A stretch of DNA of 53,983 bases, taken from an uncultured Bacilli bacterium. Its GTDB lineage: Bacteria; Bacillota_I; Bacilli_A; RFN20; CAG-288. Under the pieces are notes generated by a model that worked only from the letters and a program-made list of their open reading frames with translations, did no database searches and was not told where the DNA came from. The stretch is from NCBI GenBank assembly GCA_944332485.1, contig CALVKB010000004.1:1-53983 (forward strand). The letters are read 5' to 3'. Positions 38,134 through 48,631 of this stretch are shown here, piece after piece; position 1 is the stretch's first letter; each line of letters begins with the position of its first letter. The translations under genes were made by a program, and so were the position numbers.

Positions 38134-38811
38134 ATGAAATCAATTATTGGTCGCAAAATTGGTATGACTTCAGTCTTCACAGTTGAAGGCGAAATGATCC
38201 CTGTTTCTGTAATTGAAGTCCTCCCAAATGTCGTTGTTCAGAAAAAGACAATTGAGAAAGATGGATATGAAGCTTTACAAGTCGGTTATGAAGATAAGAA
38301 GGAATCACGTTGTACAAAAGCTCTCCTTGGTATCTGCAAGAAGACAAACACAACTCCAAAGTACGTTTACACAGAGTTGAAAGGTGATGAGATTTATTCC
38401 AAGAACGTCGGTGAAACAATCGATTGCACCATCTTCAGTGCTGGCGAAGCTATCGATGTCACAGGTGTTACAAAAGGTCTTGGTTACGCTGGTGCTATCA
38501 AACGTCACCACTACCACATCGGTCCTAAAGGTCACGGTTCAGGTTATCACAGACAGATCGGTTCATTAGCAACCAACGGTCGTTGCAACAACCGTGTTCA
38601 CCCAGGTAAGAAGATGTCCGGTCACCATGGTCACACTCAAACAACAATCTTGAATTTACAGATTGTCAGCGTGAACCCAGAGAAGAATTGTATTCTCATC
38701 AAAGGTGCTGTTCCAGGTCCAAATAAATCAATTATCAAGATTCGTAGTGCAGTAAAAAACGTTAAACTTAATGAAGTTAAACCATTGGTTAACTACACTG
38801 AAACTAAGTAA
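38134..38811 (+). CDS. rplC: 50S ribosomal protein L3
   Basis: GRKIGMT, DGYEALQVG, KGAVPG. Confidence 0.97.
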   Translation: MKSIIGRKIGMTSVFTVEGEMIPVSVIEVLPNVVVQKKTIEKDGYEALQVGYEDKKESRCTKALLGICKKTNTTPKYVYTELKGDEIYSKNVGETIDCTIFSAGEAIDVTGVTKGLGYAGAIKRHHYHIGPKGHGSGYHRQIGSLATNGRCNNRVHPGKKMSGHHGHTQTTILNLQIVSVNPEKNCILIKGAVPGPNKSIIKIRSAVKNVKLNEVKPLVNYTETK

Positions 38812-38831
38812 GAATCGGAAAGGAATAACTT

Positions 38832-39497
38832 ATGGCAGAAACAAAGATTAAAAATGTTCCATACGATGTAGTTAACTACAAAGGCGAGAAAGTTGGAACA
38901 ATTGAACTTAGCGAAGAGCTTGTTAACATCGAAGAACATCCAGCTTCAGTTCAATTGGCAGTCCGTTGTCAATTGGCAAACCAAAGACAGGCAACCGCAA
39001 AGACAAAAACTCGTGCTGAAGTCCGTGGTGGTGGTAAAAAACCATGGAGACAAAAAGGAACAGGCCGTGCAAGAGCCGGTTCATCCAGATCCCCTATTTG
39101 GGTTGGTGGTGGTACTGTTTTCGGTCCTACCGGAATCCAAAATTTCAAACTCAAAGTTAATAAGAACGTTCACAGCTTAGCATTGACAAGTGTTATCGCT
39201 GAGAAGTTACGTAATAAAAACGTCATCTTCGTTGATAACAGTGAAGTCTTCCCAACATGCAAAACAAAAGATGTTCGTGAATTCTTAAATAAAGTCAACG
39301 CAGCCAAAAAGACATTGATCGTCATCGACGTCTTCGCTGATAAGACCAACGAAAACCTTTACACAGGTGCAAGAAACCTTGAAAATGTCACAGTAGTCGG
39401 CAGTGATAACATCTCTGTTTACGATATTGTCAACAATCAAACTGTCATCTTCGAAAGAAGTTTAGCACCTATGTTCCAATTAGAGGAGGCTAACTAA
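38832..39497 (+). CDS. rplD: 50S ribosomal protein L4
   Basis: KTRAEVRGGGKKPWRQKGTGRARAGS. Confidence 0.97.
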   Translation: MAETKIKNVPYDVVNYKGEKVGTIELSEELVNIEEHPASVQLAVRCQLANQRQATAKTKTRAEVRGGGKKPWRQKGTGRARAGSSRSPIWVGGGTVFGPTGIQNFKLKVNKNVHSLALTSVIAEKLRNKNVIFVDNSEVFPTCKTKDVREFLNKVNAAKKTLIVIDVFADKTNENLYTGARNLENVTVVGSDNISVYDIVNNQTVIFERSLAPMFQLEEAN

Positions 39498-39499
39498 AA

Positions 39500-39904
39500 A
39501 TGGCTAGAAAAAAACAAGAGCAAGAAGTTGTAGAAGAAAAAGTTACCAAAGCTGAAGTTGTTGAACAACCTAAAGCTGAACAAGAGGAAACCGTCAAGAT
39601 TTCCTTACGTGATTGCGAAGTTTTGAAACACATGGTTCTCACAGAGAAAACACAAAAGTTGACCAAAGAGGAGAATGTTCTCACTCTCAACGTCAAAAAA
39701 GGTGTCAAAAAATCTGAAGTTAAACATGCTGTTGAAAATTACTTCAACGTCAAAGTTGATGATGTAAGAATCCTCAACTGCCGCGGTAAGTCAAGAACAG
39801 TTGGCCGTTTCAAAGGTACAACCAGTGCAACAAGAAAAGCTTACTGCAAAGTCAACAAACAATTCGATTTGGTTAAGATGGCTGAAGAAGCTCAATCCAA
39901 ATAA
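39500..39904 (+). CDS. rplW: 50S ribosomal protein L23 with N-terminal extension
   Basis: LTEKT, KSEVKHAVE..F.VKV, RKAY; operon position. Confidence 0.93.
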   Translation: MARKKQEQEVVEEKVTKAEVVEQPKAEQEETVKISLRDCEVLKHMVLTEKTQKLTKEENVLTLNVKKGVKKSEVKHAVENYFNVKVDDVRILNCRGKSRTVGRFKGTTSATRKAYCKVNKQFDLVKMAEEAQSK

Positions 39905-39933
39905 ACAATTAGCTAGATATAGGAGAAGGAAAA

Positions 39934-40767
39934 ATGGCAATTAAAACATATAAACCAGTCACTCCAGGTTCCAGACACAAACAATTGCTGACCAGTGACT
40001 TAATTACAAAAGATACTCCTGAAAAAGCATTACTTGCCAAGAAGACTAAAAAAGGTGGTAGAAATAACCAAGGTTATATAACAACCCGTCATCATGGTGG
40101 TGGTCACAAGCAGAAGTATCGTATCATCGATTTCAAACGTTCAATTGAGAATGTCCCTGGAATCGTCAAAGCAATTGAATACGATCCAAACCGCAACGCT
40201 TTGATCGCTTTGGTTGTTTATGAAAACGGTGTTAAAACATACATCATCGCCCCTAAAGGTTTGGAAGTAGGTCAAAGAATCTACAGCGGTGCTAATGTCG
40301 AATTCAATGTCGGTAACTGCTTACCACTTGAGAAGATCCCAGAAGGTTTCTTCGTTCACAACGTTGAACTTCAACCAGGTAAAGGTGGTCAATTATGCAG
40401 AGCTGCCGGTACCTCCGCACAAGTCTTGGGTAAGGAAGGTAAATATGCCTCACTCAGATTAGCTTCCGGTGAAGTTAGAAAAATATTGTTAAGTTGCAAA
40501 GCCACAATCGGTGTTGTTGGTAATGAAGAACAAAACTTGGTTCACTTAGGTAAAGCCGGTAGAACAAGATGGTTAGGAATTCGCCCAACAGTTCGTGGTT
40601 CTGCTATGAACCCAAACGATCACCCACACGGTGGTGGTGAAGGTAAGTGTCCTGTCGGTAGAGATGCTCCAAGAACTCCATGGGGTAAGAGAGCTCTCGG
40701 TGTCAAGACAAGAAATGTCAAGAAAGCCAGTACTAATTTGATTATTAGACGTAGAAATGGCAAATAA
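39934..40767 (+). CDS. rplB: 50S ribosomal protein L2
   Basis: [24 protein letters not shown]. Confidence 0.98.
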   Translation: MAIKTYKPVTPGSRHKQLLTSDLITKDTPEKALLAKKTKKGGRNNQGYITTRHHGGGHKQKYRIIDFKRSIENVPGIVKAIEYDPNRNALIALVVYENGVKTYIIAPKGLEVGQRIYSGANVEFNVGNCLPLEKIPEGFFVHNVELQPGKGGQLCRAAGTSAQVLGKEGKYASLRLASGEVRKILLSCKATIGVVGNEEQNLVHLGKAGRTRWLGIRPTVRGSAMNPNDHPHGGGEGKCPVGRDAPRTPWGKRALGVKTRNVKKASTNLIIRRRNGK

Positions 40768-40783
40768 GGAAAGGGGTAGATAA

Positions 40784-41062
40784 ATGTCTCGTAGTTTGAA
40801 AAAGAGCCCATATGTTGAACAAAGATTGATGTCAAGAATCGTCGAACTTAACAAACAGGGAAAAAAACAAGTATTGAAAACATGGTCACGTCGTTCTACC
40901 ATTTTCCCAGAGATGGTTGAGCACACAATCAGTGTTTACAACGGTAAGACTCACGTCCCAGTTTATATCACAGAAGATATGGTTGGTCATAAGTTAGGTG
41001 AGTTCGTTCCAACAAGAAACTTCCATGGTCACAAATCAGGTGACGACAATGGTTCTAAATAA
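40784..41062 (+). CDS. rpsS: 30S ribosomal protein S19
   Basis: [24 protein letters not shown]. Confidence 0.97.
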   Translation: MSRSLKKSPYVEQRLMSRIVELNKQGKKQVLKTWSRRSTIFPEMVEHTISVYNGKTHVPVYITEDMVGHKLGEFVPTRNFHGHKSGDDNGSK

Positions 41063-41075
41063 GGAGGATTAATAA

Positions 41076-41606
41076 ATGCCAGCAAAAAAAGTAACAACTG
41101 AAAAAGTTGAAGAACAAGAAGTTAAAACTCCTGCTAAGAAAACAACAACAGCTAAGAAAGCTACCACAGCAGCTAAAAAACCTGCTGCTAAAAAGCCAGC
41201 TGAAACCAAAGCTGTTGAGAAAAAAGCACCAGCTAAAGTTGAAAAACAAGAAAAACCAACTGCTACAAGCGCTGTTGCAATTTCCAAAGGTATCTCAGTC
41301 ACTCCCAGAAAGGCACGTTTAGTCGTCGATTTGGTCAGAGGTAAATCAGTTGAAGAAGCTTACAACATCCTCAATAACCTCAACAAAGCAGCTTCTACTT
41401 CTGTTTATAAAACAATCAAGTCCGCAGCAAGCAACGCTGTTCACAATTATCACATGAACCAAGCATTGTTGTATGTTGACACAATCTATGCCAACGATGG
41501 TCCAAGATTGAAAAGATATTTACCAAGAGCAAAAGGTAGTGCTTCTGGTTTAGTTAAAAGATGGTGTAGTATCACTGTTATTGTAAAGGAGAGAGAGGTT
41601 AAGTAA
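41076..41606 (+). CDS. rplV: 50S ribosomal protein L22 with Lys/Ala-rich N-terminal extension
   Basis: TPRKARLVVDLVRGK, SAASNA, GPRLKR..PRAKG. Confidence 0.96.
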   Translation: MPAKKVTTEKVEEQEVKTPAKKTTTAKKATTAAKKPAAKKPAETKAVEKKAPAKVEKQEKPTATSAVAISKGISVTPRKARLVVDLVRGKSVEEAYNILNNLNKAASTSVYKTIKSAASNAVHNYHMNQALLYVDTIYANDGPRLKRYLPRAKGSASGLVKRWCSITVIVKEREVK

Positions 41607-41607
41607 T

Positions 41608-42390
41608 ATGGGTCAAAAGGTTAATCCTAACGGTCTTCGTGTTGGTATCTCACGCGGTTGGTCTTCTCGTTGGTACTCACCAAAGGAAGATATCAAAGCC
41701 AATTTGAAACAAGATATCGATATAAGAAGATATTTAGATAAAAGACTTGCTGATGGTGTTGTTTCACATATTGATATTGAAAGAACAAAAGATACAGTCA
41801 CAGTCAATTGCTATGTTCAATTCGTCGGTAAGTTACTTTCCAAGGATGAAGGTAAATTCTTAGAAACAACAAAAGCCGGTCTCAGTGAAGTTATCAATGG
41901 TCATTTCACCAAGAAACAACTTCAAAATATGAAACAAGGGATGCTTTTGAAAGTTGAACTTAACTTATATCCAGTTGAACATGTCAACTTAGATGCAACA
42001 CTTGTTGCTAAAGACGTTGCAAGACAACTTGAAGGTCGTTCAACAGCAAGAGTTGTTCAAAAGAAAGCTATTATGAAAGTCATCAACGCCGGTGCCAAGG
42101 GTATCAAAACCATGGTCAAAGGCCGTGTCGGTGGTGCAGAAATTGCTCGTAGTGAGCAATATAAAGAAGGTGTCTTATCACTTCACACATTGAGTAGTGA
42201 TATTGATTACGCCTTAGCAGAGGCTCACACAACCTATGGAATTCTCGGTTGTAAAGTTTGGATCTCCCGTCCTGAAAACTACAAGGAATTGGAAAAAGCT
42301 CCAAGAAGAGATCCACGTAAGAATAACTTTAAGAATTCTTCAAAACCAAGAGCTCCAAGAAAAGAGCCACAAGAGAAGAAAGGGGAGTAA
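41608..42390 (+). CDS. rpsC: 30S ribosomal protein S3
   Basis: MGQKVNPNGLRVG, GAEIARSE, TYGILGCKVWI. Confidence 0.97.
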   Translation: MGQKVNPNGLRVGISRGWSSRWYSPKEDIKANLKQDIDIRRYLDKRLADGVVSHIDIERTKDTVTVNCYVQFVGKLLSKDEGKFLETTKAGLSEVINGHFTKKQLQNMKQGMLLKVELNLYPVEHVNLDATLVAKDVARQLEGRSTARVVQKKAIMKVINAGAKGIKTMVKGRVGGAEIARSEQYKEGVLSLHTLSSDIDYALAEAHTTYGILGCKVWISRPENYKELEKAPRRDPRKNNFKNSSKPRAPRKEPQEKKGE

Positions 42391-42396
42391 AACAAT

Positions 42397-42816
42397 ATGT
42401 TACAACCTAAAAGAGTTAAATATCGTAGACCTCACGGTCAATCATATGAAGGTTTGTCCAAAGCAGGTAACAAAGTCGATTTCGGCGATTTCGGATTGCA
42501 AGCTTTAAGTGGTAACTACATCACCAACAGACAGATCGAAGCCGCTCGTATTGTTTTAACTCGTTATACAAAACGTGCCGGTAAAGTTTGGATCAGAATT
42601 TATCCACACTTAAAAAAAAAAAAAAAACCAGCCCAAGTTCGTATGGGTTCTGGTAAAGGTAGTGTCGACAGCTGGGTTGCAGTTGTCAAGAAAAACAGAG
42701 TCATGTTTGAAATCGGTGGTGTTGACCCACAATTAGCACAAGAAGCTCTTCGCTTAGCCGGTTACAAACTTCCTATCAAGACTCGTGTTATCGCCAGAGA
42801 GAAGGAAGGAGAGTAA
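42397..42816 (+). CDS. rplP: 50S ribosomal protein L16
   Basis: [24 protein letters not shown]; contains an A16 run. Confidence 0.97.
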   Translation: MLQPKRVKYRRPHGQSYEGLSKAGNKVDFGDFGLQALSGNYITNRQIEAARIVLTRYTKRAGKVWIRIYPHLKKKKKPAQVRMGSGKGSVDSWVAVVKKNRVMFEIGGVDPQLAQEALRLAGYKLPIKTRVIAREKEGE

Positions 42817-42818
42817 AT

Positions 42819-43016
42819 ATGAAGATTCAAGATCTTAGAAATAAAACTGATGAAGAATTAGTTCAAAACTTAGCCGAATTGAAGTTTACACTTACTCAAC
42901 TTAGATTCCAAAACAAATCTGGTAACCTTCAAGATGGTAATAAAATAACACATACTCGTAAGGACATCGCTAAAGTTCTTACCGTTATCAACGAAAGAAG
43001 AGGAGGAAATAACTAA
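42819..43016 (+). CDS. rpmC: 50S ribosomal protein L29
   Basis: [17 protein letters not shown]. Confidence 0.95.
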   Translation: MKIQDLRNKTDEELVQNLAELKFTLTQLRFQNKSGNLQDGNKITHTRKDIAKVLTVINERRGGNN

Positions 43017-43017
43017 T

Positions 43018-43278
43018 ATGGGTAATACTGCATTAACAAGAAGAGTACTTCAAGGTATCGTTGTTTCTTCCAAGATGGATAAAACAGTTGTTGTTGAAGT
43101 TAAAACATACAAAACACATCCTATTTATAAAAAGAGAGTTCAATACAGAAAGAAATTCAAAGCTCATGATGAACACGAAATTGCTAAAGAAGGTGATACA
43201 GTTGTCATCGCTGAAACAAGACCTTTAGCTAAGACTGTTTACTTCAGAGTTGTTGAAGTTGTCAAGAAAGGAGAGTAA
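43018..43278 (+). CDS. rpsQ: 30S ribosomal protein S17
   Basis: [28 protein letters not shown]. Confidence 0.97.
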   Translation: MGNTALTRRVLQGIVVSSKMDKTVVVEVKTYKTHPIYKKRVQYRKKFKAHDEHEIAKEGDTVVIAETRPLAKTVYFRVVEVVKKGE

Positions 43279-43283
43279 AAACT

Positions 43284-43658
43284 ATGGTACAGAATGAGAC
43301 AAATTTAGTTGTTGCTGATAATTCTGGTGCTAAATCCGTTAGAGTTTTCCGTCAATACGGCGGTTCTATCAAGAGAAGTTCCTCTGTCGGTGACATTGTG
43401 AAATGTGCTGTTAAGTCTGCTCTTCCAAATGGCAGAGTTAAAAAAGGTGATGTCGTCAAAGGTGTCATCGTTCGCGTTAAGAAAGCATATCAAAGAAAAG
43501 ATGGTTCAACCATAAGTTTTGATGACAATGCTGTTGTCATCATCAACGAGGATGGATCACCAAAAGGAACCCGTGTTTTCGGTCCTATCGCCCGTGAGTT
43601 GCGTGAAAAAGGTGAAGGTTTTATGAAGATAATTTCCTTAGCACCTGAAGTTATTTAA
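43284..43658 (+). CDS. rplN: 50S ribosomal protein L14
   Basis: [28 protein letters not shown]. Confidence 0.97.
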   Translation: MVQNETNLVVADNSGAKSVRVFRQYGGSIKRSSSVGDIVKCAVKSALPNGRVKKGDVVKGVIVRVKKAYQRKDGSTISFDDNAVVIINEDGSPKGTRVFGPIARELREKGEGFMKIISLAPEVI

Positions 43659-43675
43659 GGAGGTAATGGTAATTT

Positions 43676-43984
43676 ATGAAAATTCGTCAAAACGATAACG
43701 TTATTGTTATCTCTGGTGCATACAAGGGCACACACGGTAAAGTTGCAAAAGCTTTACCAAAAAAGAATATGGTAATTGTTGAAGGCGTTAACAAGAGAAC
43801 CAAACACGTCAAACCAAATCAACAAAACCAAGAAGGTTCAATCAAGACAATCTACGCTCCAATTCACGTTTCCAACGTTGCAATTGAAGATCCAAAAACC
43901 AAGACTCCTACAAGAATCGGTTACAAGATTGTCGATAATAAGAAAGTTCGTGTTACTAAGAAGAGTAACAGCGTTCTCGACTAA
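43676..43984 (+). CDS. rplX: 50S ribosomal protein L24
   Basis: VIVEGVN, APIHVSNV. Confidence 0.96.
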   Translation: MKIRQNDNVIVISGAYKGTHGKVAKALPKKNMVIVEGVNKRTKHVKPNQQNQEGSIKTIYAPIHVSNVAIEDPKTKTPTRIGYKIVDNKKVRVTKKSNSVLD

Positions 43985-44000
43985 GAAAGGGTGGTAATTT

Positions 44001-44579
44001 ATGGCAGAAAAGAAAAACACAAATAAAGTAGCACAAGTTACTACTCGTTTACAAACATTGTACAAACAGGAAGTTTTGCCTGAATTGATGAAGGAATTCA
44101 ATTATTCTTCAGTCATGCAAGCTCCTAAGCTTGTCAAGATCGTCATCAACATGGGTATCGGTGAAGCTACCGGTAACTCCAAAGCTATTGAAGAATCCGT
44201 CAAGGATTTAACTCAACTCTCCGGTCAACATCCAGTTGTCACCAAAGCTAAAAAATCTGTCGCTAACTTCAAGCTTCGTGAGAATCAAGCAGTTGGTGCT
44301 AAAGTTACACTTCGTGGTGTCAGAATGTACGACTTTTTGGACAAGTTGATGAACATCGCTCTTCCAAGAGTTAGAGATTTCCGTGGTGTTAGCAAAAACT
44401 CATTCGATGGTAGAGGTAACTACGCTCTCGGTATCAAAGAGCAATTGATTTTCCCTGAGATCGATTACGATAAGATCACCAGAACACAAGGTATGGATAT
44501 CATCATCGTCACCACAGCACAATCAGATAAAGAGGCATACAGCTTATTAGCAAGATTAGGTATGCCATTTAGAAAGTAA
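44001..44579 (+). CDS. rplE: 50S ribosomal protein L5
   Basis: [25 protein letters not shown]. Confidence 0.97.
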   Translation: MAEKKNTNKVAQVTTRLQTLYKQEVLPELMKEFNYSSVMQAPKLVKIVINMGIGEATGNSKAIEESVKDLTQLSGQHPVVTKAKKSVANFKLRENQAVGAKVTLRGVRMYDFLDKLMNIALPRVRDFRGVSKNSFDGRGNYALGIKEQLIFPEIDYDKITRTQGMDIIIVTTAQSDKEAYSLLARLGMPFRK

Positions 44580-44590
44580 GGAGGAAGAAT

Positions 44591-44776
44591 ATGGCAAGAA
44601 AAGCTTTGATTATCAAACAATCACGTCCTCAAAAATTCAAAGTGAGAGAATATACACGTTGCACACGTTGTGGCCGTCCTCACGCTGTTTCAAGAAAATT
44701 CGGTTTATGCCGTCTTTGCTTGAGAGAGATGGCATACAAAGGTGAAATTCCTGGTATGCACAAAGCCAGTTGGTAG
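44591..44776 (+). CDS. rpsZ: 30S ribosomal protein S14 (Zn-binding type Z)
   Basis: CTRCGRP...CRLCLRE...KASW. Confidence 0.95.
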   Translation: MARKALIIKQSRPQKFKVREYTRCTRCGRPHAVSRKFGLCRLCLREMAYKGEIPGMHKASW

Positions 44777-44790
44777 AAAGGAGAAACGAG

Positions 44791-45207
44791 ATGTTCACAG
44801 ATCCTATTGCAGATATGTTGACAAGAATCAGAAATGCCAACAAGATGAGAAACAAGGAAGTTTTGATTCCAAGTTCCGAAATTAAAGTTAGCATCGCTAA
44901 GATCTTGTTAGAGGAGAATTACATTCAAAAATATGAAGTCGTTCCTCATTTCGATGATAAGAACAACAAAACAAATTTCAGTGATATAAAGATCACATTG
45001 AAATACGATAATAACAACAAGCCAGCCATCACTGATTTAAGAAGAATCAGCAAACCTGGTTTGAGAGTTTACACCGACATTGAAAATATGCCAAGAGTCT
45101 TAAACGGCTTAGGTATCGCTATCGTTTCTACTTCCAAAGGTGTCATGACCGATAAGAAAGCAAGAAAAGAGAAAGTCGGTGGTGAAGTTCTCGCCTTCGT
45201 TTATTAA
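44791..45207 (+). CDS. rpsH: 30S ribosomal protein S8
   Basis: [26 protein letters not shown]; ATG 44791 after aaggag. Confidence 0.97.
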   Translation: MFTDPIADMLTRIRNANKMRNKEVLIPSSEIKVSIAKILLEENYIQKYEVVPHFDDKNNKTNFSDIKITLKYDNNNKPAITDLRRISKPGLRVYTDIENMPRVLNGLGIAIVSTSKGVMTDKKARKEKVGGEVLAFVY

Positions 45208-45227
45208 TATTAAGGAGTAAATAGAAA

Positions 45228-45779
45228 ATGTCAAGAATCGGTAAAAAACCAATCAGCATCCCACAAGGTGTTGAAGTTACTGTTAACAAAAATCAAGTGA
45301 CAGTTAAAGGTCCTAAAGGTACTTTAACACAGAGTTTCAATGCGCACATGAGCTATGACATCACCCCAACAGAAGTCACAGTCAAGCGTCCCGATGATAC
45401 AAAAGTTATGAAGATGATGCATGGTACAACCCGTGCTTTACTTCACAACATGATCAAGGGTGTATCTGAAGGCTTTGAAAAAGTCCTTGAAATTCAAGGT
45501 ATCGGATATAAGGCCGAGATGAAGGGTAAAGATATCGTCCTTCACTTAGGTCACTCACACCCCGATATCGTTTCTCCTGTTGAAGGTGTCACAATCAGTT
45601 GTGCATCTCCAACCGAAATTCACGTCAGCGGTATCGATGCTCAAAAAGTCGGACAAATAGCCGCTGTTATCCGTGCAATCAGAAAACCAGAACCATACCA
45701 TGGTAAAGGTGTCCGTTACAGAAACGAAAGAGTTGTCCTTCGTGTTCCTTCTTCAAAGAAGAAAGACTCTAAGAAGTAA
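45228..45779 (+). CDS. rplF: 50S ribosomal protein L6
   Basis: MSRIGKKPI, HGTTRAL, PEPYHGKG. Confidence 0.97.
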   Translation: MSRIGKKPISIPQGVEVTVNKNQVTVKGPKGTLTQSFNAHMSYDITPTEVTVKRPDDTKVMKMMHGTTRALLHNMIKGVSEGFEKVLEIQGIGYKAEMKGKDIVLHLGHSHPDIVSPVEGVTISCASPTEIHVSGIDAQKVGQIAAVIRAIRKPEPYHGKGVRYRNERVVLRVPSSKKKDSKK

Positions 45780-45796
45780 AATAGGAGGTAATAGAT

Positions 45797-46150
45797 ATGA
45801 TTAAACAAGCATCTAAAAAAGAATTAAGAGCAAAAAGACATATGCGTACTAAAGATATCAAGGGTACAAGTGAATGTCCAAGAATATCTGTTTTTCGCTC
45901 CAACAAGTACTTGTATGTTCAATTGGTTGATGATGTCAACCACAAGACATTGGTGAGCCTTTCCACTGCTAAGTTCGATTTACCAGAAGGTAAAAACGTC
46001 GCTGCAGCTACAAAATTAGGTGAGGAAGTTGCAAAACTTTGCAAAGAGAACAAGATTGAAAAGGCAGTTTTCGATCGTTCCGGCTACATCTATCACGGTA
46101 GAATCAAAGCATTGGCTGAAGCTATGCGTGAGAACGGTGTCAAATTCTAA
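45797..46150 (+). CDS. rplR: 50S ribosomal protein L18
   Basis: [21 protein letters not shown]. Confidence 0.97.
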   Translation: MIKQASKKELRAKRHMRTKDIKGTSECPRISVFRSNKYLYVQLVDDVNHKTLVSLSTAKFDLPEGKNVAAATKLGEEVAKLCKENKIEKAVFDRSGYIYHGRIKALAEAMRENGVKF

Positions 46151-46161
46151 GGAGAAAATAT

Positions 46162-46728
46162 ATGGAAAATAAACAAAAAGTTCAGTTGGAGAAAACTGAA
46201 GGTAACGCTGAAGCTAGAAAAACTAGCGAAGGTAAACGCCATACATTGAAAGAAAAAAGAGTTGCTCCACAAAGAAGAAAAGAGGAATCTCCATACGAAG
46301 ATAGAGTTGTTAAAGTAAAGAGAATTTCCAAAACCGTCAAAGGTGGTAGAAGAATGCGTTTCTCAGCATTGATCGTCACCGGTGACAAGAAAGGTGTCTT
46401 CGGCTTCGGTACTGGTAAGTCAACTGAAGTTCCAGAAGCTATCAAGAAAGCAAGTGAAAAAGCAAAGACCAATTTATTCAGGCTTCAAAGAGTTGGTGGT
46501 GACACCATCGCTCATACAGTCGTCGGTAAGTTCGGTGCAACACAAGTTTTCTTAAAACCAGCTAAAGAAGGTACTGGAATCATCGCTGGTGGTGCTGTCC
46601 GTGTTGTTTTGGAGTTAGCCGGTATCCGTAACATCTACTCCAAGGTTTACGGTTCTAGAACACCTATCAACATCATCCGTGCTACAGTCGATGGTTTAAA
46701 TCAACTTAAGAAAGTTAAAAAGGACTAA
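46162..46728 (+). CDS. rpsE: 30S ribosomal protein S5
   Basis: [25 protein letters not shown]. Confidence 0.97.
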   Translation: MENKQKVQLEKTEGNAEARKTSEGKRHTLKEKRVAPQRRKEESPYEDRVVKVKRISKTVKGGRRMRFSALIVTGDKKGVFGFGTGKSTEVPEAIKKASEKAKTNLFRLQRVGGDTIAHTVVGKFGATQVFLKPAKEGTGIIAGGAVRVVLELAGIRNIYSKVYGSRTPINIIRATVDGLNQLKKVKKD

Positions 46729-46741
46729 AGGAGGTTAAACT

Positions 46742-47251
46742 ATGGAATTACACAATCTTAAAACTGTTGAAGGCTCAACCCACAGTTCAAAAAGAGTCGG
46801 TCGTGGTTTAGGCTCCGGTATGGGTAAAACCTCCACCAGAGGTCAAAAGGGTGCTGGTGCCCGTTCAGGTGGTGCTATCCGCCCAGGTTTTGAAGGTGGT
46901 CAATTACCTTTATACAGACGTTTTCCAAAACGTGGTTTCAGATCATTGAAAAAACATGATTACATAACAGTTGATATCGCTGATTTAGCTAGTTTGGCTA
47001 AAGTCATGAAAGACACCAAGCTCACTGAGACAGATATCATCAACAAAGGTTATGTCAAAGTTAGAAAATCCAGTTTGAAAGTTGATCGTGAATCCGAATT
47101 CTTGGATTTATACAGCAAAAAAGGTGTCAAGGTCATCGGTAACGCTGACATTGATGTCAAATTGGATTTGGAAGTCAGTGCTATTTCCGCTGGAGCAAAA
47201 GCTAGCGTTGAAAAAGCAAATGGTACAGTAACAATCGTTAAGAAGGATTAA
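46742..47251 (+). CDS. rplO: 50S ribosomal protein L15
   Basis: RVGRG.GSG.GKT, GFEGGQLPLYRR.PKRGF. Confidence 0.97.
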   Translation: MELHNLKTVEGSTHSSKRVGRGLGSGMGKTSTRGQKGAGARSGGAIRPGFEGGQLPLYRRFPKRGFRSLKKHDYITVDIADLASLAKVMKDTKLTETDIINKGYVKVRKSSLKVDRESEFLDLYSKKGVKVIGNADIDVKLDLEVSAISAGAKASVEKANGTVTIVKKD

Positions 47252-47258
47252 TCTTTAT

Positions 47259-48620
47259 ATGCAAAAGTTAGCCTCCATGTTCAAGAATAAGGATGTAATG
47301 AATCGCATCCTGTTCACATTCGTAATATTCTTTATATTCAGAATTGGTTCGGCTATCACTCTTCCAGGTGTTAAACTCTCCGATCAGGCGGATTTATTCA
47401 ACACAAACAACGTTTTAGCACTTGTTAACTTGATGGGTGGTGGTGCCTTGCAATCATTCTCAATATTTGCCTTGGGAGTTTCGCCATTCATCACTGCTCA
47501 AATTATCGTACAACTTCTAAGCATGAACGTTTTGCCATCGCTCACTGAGTTGTCAAAACAAGGTGAAACTGGAAGAAAAAAGATTAATACTGTTACTAAA
47601 ATATTAGCTTTGGTTCTCGGTTGTGTCCAAGCATATGGAATCATCGTGACCATGCAAAACACCTCGGGATTGGAAGTTTTGGATACTTCCGCTTGGGGAT
47701 ATATAAAACTTGTTCTTTACTTGGTAGCTGGAAGCTTATTGCTCATCTGGTTAGGTGATCAAATAACAGATAAGGGTATCGGAAACGGTATCTCCATGAT
47801 CATCTTCTGCGGTATTGTCAGTGCCATCCCTCAACAGATTGTCGGTGCATTCGAACAATACTTGCAATCCAACTTAACAACCGGCGATTCAATTATGATC
47901 TTGAAGGGAGTTCTTTCCTTATTGACATACTTCTTAGCCTTCTTCGCTATCATCGTCTTCGTTGTATTTGTTGAAAAATCTGAAAGAAGACTTCCGGTCA
48001 GTCATTCAAACACATCGGAAAGTCAAACCAAAGAGTTGAATCAGAAAGCGAGTTTCCTACCGATAAAGATCAATTCATCGGGAGTTATTCCTGTCATCTT
48101 CGCGTCAAGTGTCATGATTGCTCCTTCTATCATCATCTCCTTATTTATAGGAAGTGATAATCAACCTTACTGGGTTACAGTCTTAAATGAGGTCTTCTCA
48201 TACAACACGCTTGTTGAGATGCCAGGGATAAACGGTACTAAATGGTACATGCCCTGGGGATTGATAATTTACCTCGTGCTGATCATATTGTTCAGTTATT
48301 TCTACGCTAATTTGCAAATTAACCCGGAGAGAATAGCTGAGAATTTCCAAGAGAGTGGAACTTACATCACCGGACTTCGTCCAGGTGTTGAAACAGAACG
48401 TTACATAAAAACTGTTTTGAATAGAGTCACCTTCATGGGAAGTATCGCATTAGCACTTATTGCGGCTTTACCTGTCGTTCTCACTTTAACAGGAGTTGTT
48501 CCTTCATCATTGGCCTTAGGTGGTACTGGTATGATCATCGTTGTCGGTGTTTGTTTGGAACTTAGAAATCAAGTTGAAGGTATGATAGCGACAAAAAGTT
48601 TTGAAAAAATGTCATTGTAA
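47259..48620 (+). CDS. secY: Preprotein translocase SecY
   Basis: SIFALGVSPFITAQI, GIGNGIS, GVIPVIFA, GLRPG. Confidence 0.97.
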   Translation: MQKLASMFKNKDVMNRILFTFVIFFIFRIGSAITLPGVKLSDQADLFNTNNVLALVNLMGGGALQSFSIFALGVSPFITAQIIVQLLSMNVLPSLTELSKQGETGRKKINTVTKILALVLGCVQAYGIIVTMQNTSGLEVLDTSAWGYIKLVLYLVAGSLLLIWLGDQITDKGIGNGISMIIFCGIVSAIPQQIVGAFEQYLQSNLTTGDSIMILKGVLSLLTYFLAFFAIIVFVVFVEKSERRLPVSHSNTSESQTKELNQKASFLPIKINSSGVIPVIFASSVMIAPSIIISLFIGSDNQPYWVTVLNEVFSYNTLVEMPGINGTKWYMPWGLIIYLVLIILFSYFYANLQINPERIAENFQESGTYITGLRPGVETERYIKTVLNRVTFMGSIALALIAALPVVLTLTGVVPSSLALGGTGMIIVVGVCLELRNQVEGMIATKSFEKMSL

Positions 48621-48631
48621 GGAGATAGTTG

